A stretch of DNA of 64,000 bases from Candidatus Poribacteria bacterium (GTDB lineage: Bacteria; Poribacteria; WGA-4E; WGA-3G), in contig OZ251518.1 in NCBI GenBank assembly GCA_965242965.1, positions 4,832,001 through 4,896,000 of the forward strand. Direction: 5' to 3'. Positions 57,300 to 64,000 of the stretch are shown in pieces; within the stretch, counting starts at the first letter, position 1, and every line of letters begins with the position of its first letter. The notes below the pieces were generated by a model. It was not told where the DNA came from. It ran no database searches and saw only the letters and a program-made list of their open reading frames with translations. The position numbers and the translations under genes are program-made.

Positions 57300-57790
57300 C
57301 GTTGGAATGCCTCTTCCGAATTGAGAAGGAAGAGGGTCGCGTTCTCGGAGAAAACAGGGTAACCGTGGGCTGGCGCCCACGGTTATCCTGCCCCTTAATA
57401 CCCCTATTGGGGAGTGAATTTTCCCCGGAACAACGCTGGTAGACTTCGGTGTTGCATCGGGTGATGCAACGCGAAAAGCCCCGTGGCAGGCGCGGACTCG
57501 CGAAGGCGAGCGCGTGCCACGAGGCAAAAGAAAATAGGCGCGTGCAAAGCACGCGGGTTTTGGGTTGGGATTCAGATGAGATATTCCCCCAGCTCGCCTT
57601 CCTGCCGAGAATGTCAGAGGTTAACAGCCGTTTAGAAAGGGGGGGGGTAAATCGGGTTAAATGCAGTTTTAATGTCAACGCAAACGGCGAACGTGTTTCG
57701 GACGCGCGGCCGTAGCGGCTGCACCACCGAGGTCAGCGGGCTATGTGCGCGGCTCAGTGTTGCCGCGGGTCTGGAAGCGCGTTGAGAGTT
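57300..57790. ncRNA. Candidate structured RNA or long leader, unassigned
   Basis: Several non-REP hairpins, e.g. CAGGGTAACCGTGGGC-TG-GCGCCCACGGTTATCCTG, GTTGCATC-GGGT-GATGCAAC, CGCGTGC-AAA-GCACGCG; no family recognised. Confidence 0.35.
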
Positions 57791-57855
57791 TACGTTTACC
57801 ATTTTTTCCTGAAAATCAGTTTGACGTTGTCATGAATTGCATTTGACTTGTTTTA

Positions 57856-57884
57856 ATTATACCACATTTTTCTGCGTTTGTCAA
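57856..57884 (-). promoter_or_regulatory. Consensus sigma70 promoter
   Basis: Minus strand TTGACA-17-TATAAT with TG extension; flanks resemble the promoter at 13161-13190. Confidence 0.75.
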
Positions 57885-57974
57885 ATTAAAATGTGATTTT
57901 AATGTTTTTTAACGTTTTTTTTAAGGTTTTGGTTGCAAAAAAACGGTCTTTTTCATCGTATCTCTCTCGATTAC

Positions 57975-58892
57975 CGTAGCGCGAGGGCCTGTCCCTCGCG
58001 TTTTCCCGATTACCGTTCCCGCCAACCGTAGCGCGAGGGCCTGTCCCTCGCGATCGCTCGATCCCCGGAGCATTTTCCCGACTCCCGTAGCGCGCGGGCC
58101 TGTCCCTCGCGAACGTTCATCGCATCCCGGGCACGGCGGGGGACAGGCCCCCGCCCTACGGTGACCGAGCACGGCCGTCTGTAGGTCAAGAGCGCCTGCT
58201 CTTGACCCGATGGCGATCAGGCGATCGCAAACTACAGACGGGGAGCGAGCGGGCCTGTTCCCCGCCATGCATCAAACCGTCCCCCGATTCCCGTAGCGCG
58301 AGGGCCTGTCTCTCGCGAACGCTCGATCCCCGGAGCATTTTCCCGACTCCCGTAGCGCGAGGGCCTGTCCCTCGCGAACGTTCATCACACCACAGGCACG
58401 GCGGGGGACAGGCCCCCGCCCTACGGTGACCGAGCACGGCCGTCTGTAGGTCAAGAGCGCCAGATCTTGACCCGATGGCGATCAGGCGATCGCAAACTAC
58501 AGAAGGGGAACGCGCGGATTTATCCCGCGCGTGCATCAAACCATGCCCCGCTTACCGTAGCGCGAGGGCCTGTCCCTCGCGATCGTTCATCGCAACACAG
58601 GCACGGCGGGGGACAGGCCCCCGCCCTACGGTAAATAGTGGCTCCTTCTGTAGGTCAAGATCGCCAGATCTTGACCCGATGGCGATCAGGCGATCGCAAA
58701 CTACAGAGGGGAGCGCGCGGATTTATCCCGCGCGTGCATCAAACCATGCCCCGATTCCCGTAGCGCGAGGGCCTGTCCCTCGCGATCGCTCGATCCCCGG
58801 AGCATTTTCCCGACTCCCGTAGCGCGAGGGCCTGTCCCTCGCGAACTTTCATCGCACCACAGGCATGGCGGGGGACAGGCCCCCGCCCTACG
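57975..58892. repeat. REP-like cluster built from repeated multi-REP modules
   Basis: Linker GCTCGATCCCCGGAGCATTTTCCCGACTCCC occurs three times; three B pairs. Confidence 0.88.
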
Positions 58893-58914
58893 ATAACAAG
58901 GGGGTTCATTCACC

Positions 58915-59847
58915 TCAACGCCCCCGGAGATTCACAAGATAAATCCCCGCCGCCACCAACACCGAACCGACCAACAGACTCAACGTCAATTCATCGCCCA
59001 TCAGCAGATGGCTCAATAACACACCTGCCAGCGGCGTGGCGAAAAAAAGCACCACCAATTTGCTCGCGCTGTAACGTTCTAAAATCGTCGTCCATGCGAG
59101 ATAGCAGGCACCGGCGATAACCCAGCCCTGATAAAAGAGCGCGGCGACTCCCGGCGTAGTCCATTGGTAAGTTGCGCCGCGCTCTAACAGCAGACTCAGT
59201 GCTAAAAAGCACGGCAACCCTAGCGTCAACATCCAAACGAGCAGCCGATACGGATGAATCGACTGGACCATCCGTTTGGTAACGACGACGCGGAGCCCCA
59301 GAAACCCGCCGCTAACCAGCACTATCAGATCCCCGATTAAAGCCGTGCTGGCGAGTATGCCTTCCGATGCAGTAAACCCGGCTTGTAGGTTAGGCGCGAC
59401 CGTGGTGACGACACCGATGAAGGCGACAGTGATGCCGACCGTTTTTGGCACGGTGAGCCGTTCACTCGGTATCCACAAATGCGCGAACAGTGCCGTGAAA
59501 AAGGGATACGCGTTAATGAAAATCGTTGAACGCGACGCAGTTGTGAGGTGCGTGCCAACGTTCAGGGTGATAACCTGCAGCAAAAAAATGGACGCAAGCA
59601 CGAACAGTTTCGGCAATTCACCGCGGCGCGGTTTCACGGAGATGCCACGGTAAAATGCCCAGCCTCCAACGGCGATTAACCCTAATCCGAAGCGGAGGAA
59701 TGCGAGTCCTAACGGGGGGACATCTTGTAGGCTGATTTTGATTGAGAGCGAATTCCCACCCCAGAGGACAGCGAGAACCAGCGAGAGGACGATGATTTTG
59801 CCGGTCGGCTCCTCGCTTCTGATGTAAGGTTGTGCCGTTTTTTTCAT
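58915..59847 (-). CDS. DMT/EamA family transporter
   Basis: About 10 TM helices; 'LWG....IK..L...PP..LA.LRF' and two EamA repeats. Confidence 0.92.
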   Translation of the reverse strand: MKKTAQPYIRSEEPTGKIIVLSLVLAVLWGGNSLSIKISLQDVPPLGLAFLRFGLGLIAVGGWAFYRGISVKPRRGELPKLFVLASIFLLQVITLNVGTHLTTASRSTIFINAYPFFTALFAHLWIPSERLTVPKTVGITVAFIGVVTTVAPNLQAGFTASEGILASTALIGDLIVLVSGGFLGLRVVVTKRMVQSIHPYRLLVWMLTLGLPCFLALSLLLERGATYQWTTPGVAALFYQGWVIAGACYLAWTTILERYSASKLVVLFFATPLAGVLLSHLLMGDELTLSLLVGSVLVAAGIYLVNLRGR

Positions 59848-59886
59848 AGTTATTTCGCGTAAATAGGCGATAACGGATCTGAGCCC

Positions 59887-60222
59887 GTAGGGCGGGGGCT
59901 TGTCCCCCGCCGTGCCTGTGTTGCGATGAACGATCGCGAGGGACAGGCCCTCGCGATACGGTGTCTGAGCGGGCTCCCTTTAACCGTAGGGCGGGGGCCT
60001 GTCCCCCGCCATGCAGCGATCGCGAGGGACAGGCCCTCGCGCTACGGTGATGAAAACGGTGCTTGGCCCCTCGCCATTCCCGATGCCTCGCGAGGGACAG
60101 GCCCTCGCGCTACGGTGATGATAACGGTGCTGAGCGCGTCGCCGTCTCCGATGCCTCGCGAGGGACAGGCCCTCGCGCTACGGTAAGCGGGAGATTGCGA
60201 GGGACAGGCCCTCGCCCTACGG
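59887..60222. repeat. REP-like cluster
   Basis: Seven family A units. Confidence 0.85.
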
Positions 60223-60243
60223 TGATGAAAACGGCCCTGATGC

Positions 60244-61047
60244 CTAATCGTAAGCACCCGGGCGATGGTTCCCCATCAGCCGTTGTTGGCGTTCGTTTGC
60301 CTGCTCCAGAATGGCTTCATCAAATTGAAACCGGTTTAGATACGGCGGGAATTTCTGGGTTATCATCCGATTCGCGTAATGCACCTGCAACAGATACCGG
60401 TTCTGGTCACTGTGATTCGCTGTGCCTCGGTGCCAGACTTCGCTGCGGAAAATCACCACGTCGCCGGCGTTGCAGAGGATACTCTGCTCCTTCGCACCCT
60501 TCCACTCCGTCTCGCCCTCGGGTCTTCTGCCTGAAAGGTGGCTGCCCGGGACGAACTTCGTCGGCCCCAATTCTTCGTAAAGATTATCGAGGTAGTAGTG
60601 CGCGGTGGTGATGAAAATCGGCACCTTGACCCGTTTATCCTGCAAAACGTCTGCAGGCAGCGGGATAGGCAGCCAATCTGTGTGCAAACCCTGGTCTGGG
60701 CGGCCGGGTCCTGTCACCCACGCGGTCATCCCGATAACGTGGCAATCATCGCCGTGGACTGCCTCTGCCAATTCAATGACAGGCGACATGTCAAGGTAGT
60801 GCAAGAAAACCGGGTCGCGATTGAAGGCGTTGTTGATATGTTTATTAAGAAACCCTTCGCCGTTCTGTGGGACGCTGTGCCGGTCGAAACTTTCGGGGAT
60901 AGCCGTGAGTCTATCCATTGCCGCGCGAAGTTCCGCGAGTTGTTCGGCGTTGATAACCTGCGGCAGGTAAGCGTAGCCGTCCTCTTCCATCGCTGTCACC
61001 TGCTGTTCTAATGCGGTGTAGGCGGTAAGCGGTAAGGCTTGAGACAT
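60244..61047 (-). CDS. PhyH-family dioxygenase
   Basis: EDGY, LHTD, GPT.FVPGSH, AGDV..F...VWH.G..N; start at MSQALP (GGAGG RBS); ORF open from 61062. Confidence 0.92.
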   Translation of the reverse strand: MSQALPLTAYTALEQQVTAMEEDGYAYLPQVINAEQLAELRAAMDRLTAIPESFDRHSVPQNGEGFLNKHINNAFNRDPVFLHYLDMSPVIELAEAVHGDDCHVIGMTAWVTGPGRPDQGLHTDWLPIPLPADVLQDKRVKVPIFITTAHYYLDNLYEELGPTKFVPGSHLSGRRPEGETEWKGAKEQSILCNAGDVVIFRSEVWHRGTANHSDQNRYLLQVHYANRMITQKFPPYLNRFQFDEAILEQANERQQRLMGNHRPGAYD

Positions 61048-61128
61048 TGACGTTTCCTCCATCGTTGCAGGCAGCGTGAGGTGCTGCCTTCTTTTTTAAT
61101 CCAAGCACAAATGAAATCCTATTTATTT

Positions 61129-61750
61129 CAGGGTGTTTCATAAATCGTTCAACGTTGCGGTGACATGCCCCGCGCTATGGGCGGAGAAAACCCCCTTTCA
61201 CCGTAGGGCGAGGGCCTGTCCCTCGCCATGCCTCGCGCACTCCAACGATCGCGGGGGACAGGCCCCCGCGCTATGGGCGGAGAAAATCCCCCTTCACCGT
61301 AGGGCGAGGGCCTGTCCCTCGCCATGCGTTTGGCTGGCAAACTGCATTACCTCTGTAGGTCAGGATCGCCTGATCCTGACCTGTTTGTGATCAGGCGATC
61401 ACAAACTACAGAATGGGAAACACACATCGGGACGATGAATCTCGCGGGGGAAACCCGCTCGCGCACTCCAACGATCGCGGGGGACAGGCCCCCGCGCTAC
61501 GATAAAAAAAACGGTTCTTGAGCCATCGCGGGGGACAGGCCCCCGCGCTACGATAAAAACGCCGCCCCTCACCGTAGGGCGAGGGCCTGTCCCTCGCCAT
61601 CGTTTTGCTGTCAGACCGCCTCACCTCTGTAGGTCAAGATCGCCTGATCTTGACCCGTTCGGGATCAGGCGATCCCGAACTACAAAGGTGGGCCTGATGC
61701 GCGACACCCCCCAGGGGAGAAATACCGAAACGGATTTATGAAACATCCAC
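61129..61750. mobile_element. MITE-like shell with REP cargo
   Basis: CAGGGTGTTTCATAAATC ... AAATACCGAAACGGATTTATGAAACATCCAC. Confidence 0.55.
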
Positions 61751-61876
61751 ATTTATTTTAACAGTTTTGCAAACAGAGGTCAACGTTTTTATTGAAGGTT
61801 ACGTTAAAAAGTGTATCCAAGTAGGTGTTAAAAGTGAAGAGACGAAAACCCGTATGACTACGAGAGGAGTAAAAAA

Positions 61877-62131
61877 ATGAAAAATAGAAACCTGAAACCC
61901 AAGAATGCCGTGAAAAATACGGCTATCCGGGTGCCTGGAGAGGTCGTGGAATCTTTGCCGGGTAACCTGTTCCGTGTGAAGTTGGAAAACGAGTATAAGG
62001 CTGTGGCGTATCTGGCTGGCAAGTTGGTGCGGCACAGAATCTGGGTTCTCCCCGGTGATCAGGTGACGGTGGAACTTTCGCCGTATGACCTGACACGCGG
62101 GCGTATCATCTGGCGGAACCCTGGCGCGTAG
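61877..62131 (+). CDS. infA: Translation initiation factor IF-1
   Basis: G.V.E.LP...FRVKLEN....A.L.GK....I.VLPGD.V.VELSPYDLTRGRI. Confidence 0.95.
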   Translation: MKNRNLKPKNAVKNTAIRVPGEVVESLPGNLFRVKLENEYKAVAYLAGKLVRHRIWVLPGDQVTVELSPYDLTRGRIIWRNPGA

Positions 62132-62187
62132 GGTAAGGCGGCGCGGTTTGCAACCGCGCGATAAACCCGCATCAGACGAGGGACTGC

Positions 62188-63177
62188 ATGGAAGGCATTG
62201 TCATCAAATCGCGGGGCGGCGCATACGAGGTGCAGGTTGGCAAGAACTGCTATACCTGCACACTGCGTCACCACCTCATTGAAGCAGAAAAGCGGCGGCT
62301 TGAGGAGACGAAAGAGATGCCGTTCGTCGAACTCGTCGCCGTCGGCGACCGGGTTCGCGTTTCGGCTTCTACCTCCGCAGCAGATGGGGGTTACATTGAG
62401 GAATGCCTCCCACGCGAAACGCAATTCGGTCGGACGCGCATGGACGGTTGGCGGCAAGTGATTGTCGCCAACCTGGAAATGCTACTCATTATCTTCGCCG
62501 CGCGCCATCCGACGCTGAAATTACGGATGCTTGACCGGTTTCTCGTCACCGCGGAGGCATCGGGAATCGAACCGGTAGTCTGTATCAACAAACTCGATCT
62601 GGCGAAATTGGAGAATGTGCAACGCGAACTGAAATTATATGAAGAATTAGGTTATACGGTGGTTTATACTAGCATCGTGACCGGCTTCGGCGTTGATAAG
62701 TTGCGCGACGTGATGCGGGATAAAATCTCGGCGATTGTCGGTTCATCGGGTGTGGGCAAATCGTCACTGCTCAATGCACTGCAACCGGGACTTCAGTTGC
62801 GCATCGGCGAGGTAGACGAACGTATCCACAAAGGACGGCATACGACGACAGAAGTCATGTTACTGCCGCTAGAATTCGGCGGTTTCGTTGCCGATACGCC
62901 GGGCATCCGCACCCTCGGCTTGTTGGAGATTGACGAGGAACAGGGAGTAGACATCTATTTCCCGGAGATGCGTCCGTATATCCCCGAGTGCAAGTTCGCG
63001 GCGTGCACGCACCAGCACGAACCGGCGTGCGCCGTCAAACATGCCGTTGAAACCGGTGACATCGCGGCGATGCGATATGAGAGTTATCTCCGCATCTCTG
63101 GATTTAAGGAGGGAAGATATGAACGAACCTCAGAACGAAAACGGGCATTCCGAAAAGAGCGGCGACGAATACGCTGA
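62188..63177 (+). CDS. rsgA: Ribosome small subunit-dependent GTPase A
   Basis: NKLD, GSSGVGKSS, GRHTTT, DTPG, C.F..C.H..EP.C. Confidence 0.96.
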   Translation: MEGIVIKSRGGAYEVQVGKNCYTCTLRHHLIEAEKRRLEETKEMPFVELVAVGDRVRVSASTSAADGGYIEECLPRETQFGRTRMDGWRQVIVANLEMLLIIFAARHPTLKLRMLDRFLVTAEASGIEPVVCINKLDLAKLENVQRELKLYEELGYTVVYTSIVTGFGVDKLRDVMRDKISAIVGSSGVGKSSLLNALQPGLQLRIGEVDERIHKGRHTTTEVMLLPLEFGGFVADTPGIRTLGLLEIDEEQGVDIYFPEMRPYIPECKFAACTHQHEPACAVKHAVETGDIAAMRYESYLRISGFKEGRYERTSERKRAFRKERRRIR

Positions 63178-63949
63178 GGTGAAGAAGTGGGATGCAGCCG
63201 TTCAGAACATGCATCGCTTCATCGAAAGAAGCGAGCGGAAACTCGTCTATTTTCAAAATCGGGTGAAAAGAGCGCAGTATATGGAGCGGCCGAATCAGCG
63301 GAAAATCCGCGCCGCGAGCGCGCAAATCGGCGTGCATGCCGCACAATTGGAGAGCCTGCGCAGTGAATTGCGAGAATTAGAACGCCGCCGGGACGGCGGC
63401 ATCCGGCTCCTTCCCACCGAACAAAGCGAACTCCGACGCATTTGGAATTGGATTAACCGCCCGGGACTCCGCGAAATCTTATACCCAACGCGCGTGCCGT
63501 TTGATACGTTTTTGGAAGACTGGCACCGCTGGATAACTGAAGGACGCACTCACGCCTACTCAATCCATGTCCGCCGGACAAAAGTCCTCATCGGGTTTCT
63601 GCTGCTCTGTCAGGAGGGAGATACCGCCGTTGTGGAACTTGTTGTTATTCGGCCAGATTACCGTGCCCGCGGCTACGGCACCGACGTGATGCGTGACGCG
63701 GTCCGCTTGGCGTTTGAAGAATTGCACGCGACGCACCTCACGGTGGAGGTGCCTGCGGACAACGATGCCGCGCTCACTAGTTTTGAGAAGACGGGGCTCC
63801 GCTACCTCAGTTACACTGATGAGGCTGTCCCGCGCTTTACGATGGGCATTGACAGGGGTGAGTGGGAGAGCGGTGTCTCTCCAGACCAGGGTGCGCCGCC
63901 GCCACGTCTCACCGCGCCTCTTCAGGAATTGATGGATTTGGGGTTGTAA
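63119..63949 (+). CDS. GNAT (RimJ/RimL-like) acetyltransferase with N-terminal coiled coil
   Basis: 'RPDYRARGYGT', 'N.AA...FEK.G'; start at MNEPQN overlaps the rsgA end. Confidence 0.75.
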   Translation: MNEPQNENGHSEKSGDEYAEVKKWDAAVQNMHRFIERSERKLVYFQNRVKRAQYMERPNQRKIRAASAQIGVHAAQLESLRSELRELERRRDGGIRLLPTEQSELRRIWNWINRPGLREILYPTRVPFDTFLEDWHRWITEGRTHAYSIHVRRTKVLIGFLLLCQEGDTAVVELVVIRPDYRARGYGTDVMRDAVRLAFEELHATHLTVEVPADNDAALTSFEKTGLRYLSYTDEAVPRFTMGIDRGEWESGVSPDQGAPPPRLTAPLQELMDLGL

Positions 63950-64000
63950 GGTAGGTTTGTCACCGCGCAATCAGGGATGAATACGTGTCGTGCCCTTCCG

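Noticed and set aside
57106-57715. ORFs 57106-57678, 57267-57527 and 57449-57715 as proteins
   Set aside because: No RBS or motif, they cross a REP and its duplication, and their composition is atypical; the region is better explained as non-coding.
57300-57790. Assignment to a known RNA (cobalamin riboswitch, RNase P, tmRNA, SRP)
   Set aside because: I could not find the diagnostic conserved motifs by eye; a covariance-model search is required.
1160-61690. Many ORF-track entries with RSAGACPPR / RGTGPRATV / ARDRPSPY / VGRGPVPR peptides
   Set aside because: They are translations of REP clusters in several frames and on both strands, without RBS or domain signal.
1-64000. Prophage, tRNA/rRNA genes or an autonomous transposase
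   Set aside because: No phage structural, integrase, DDE or HUH transposase ORF, and no tRNA or rRNA signature, was recognised.

Overview
GC-rich bacterial chromosomal window. The gene content (five secreted LamG/ConA-like proteins, five PhyH-family dioxygenases of which two are fused to HEAT repeats, LRR/lamin-tail giant proteins, TPR protein) resembles Candidatus Poribacteria; this is an inference, not a database result. About 40 CDS are supportable, including rsmD, family-4 UDG, infA, rsgA, a nucleoside-type ABC ATPase with a BMP binding protein, a type IIG/ISP-like R-M enzyme and an AAA ATPase/nuclease/HEPN locus. No rRNA, tRNA, CRISPR array or transposase was recognised. Most large intergenic spaces hold dense clusters of GTAG-headed palindromes (REP-like) from several families. 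Main observations: (1) the REP stems show compensatory covariation, REPs also sit in-frame inside proteins, and some are flanked by 27-30 bp duplications; (2) five MITE-like shells with GAGGGTGTTTCATA termini carry different REP cargo; (3) eight exported proteins end in a shared V-x-x-x-x-K/R-L/M-x-x-x-W/F-G-x-L/I/V-K motif, a candidate sorting signal; (4) a PD-(D/E)xK nuclease gene is split by a 751-bp insert carrying a HEPN-like gene; (5) a REP-delimited triplication of coiled-coil membrane proteins differs in heptad number; (6) a ~740-nt hairpin-rich leader precedes a giant surface protein. Most short ORFs in the supplied track are shadow frames or translations of REP clusters.
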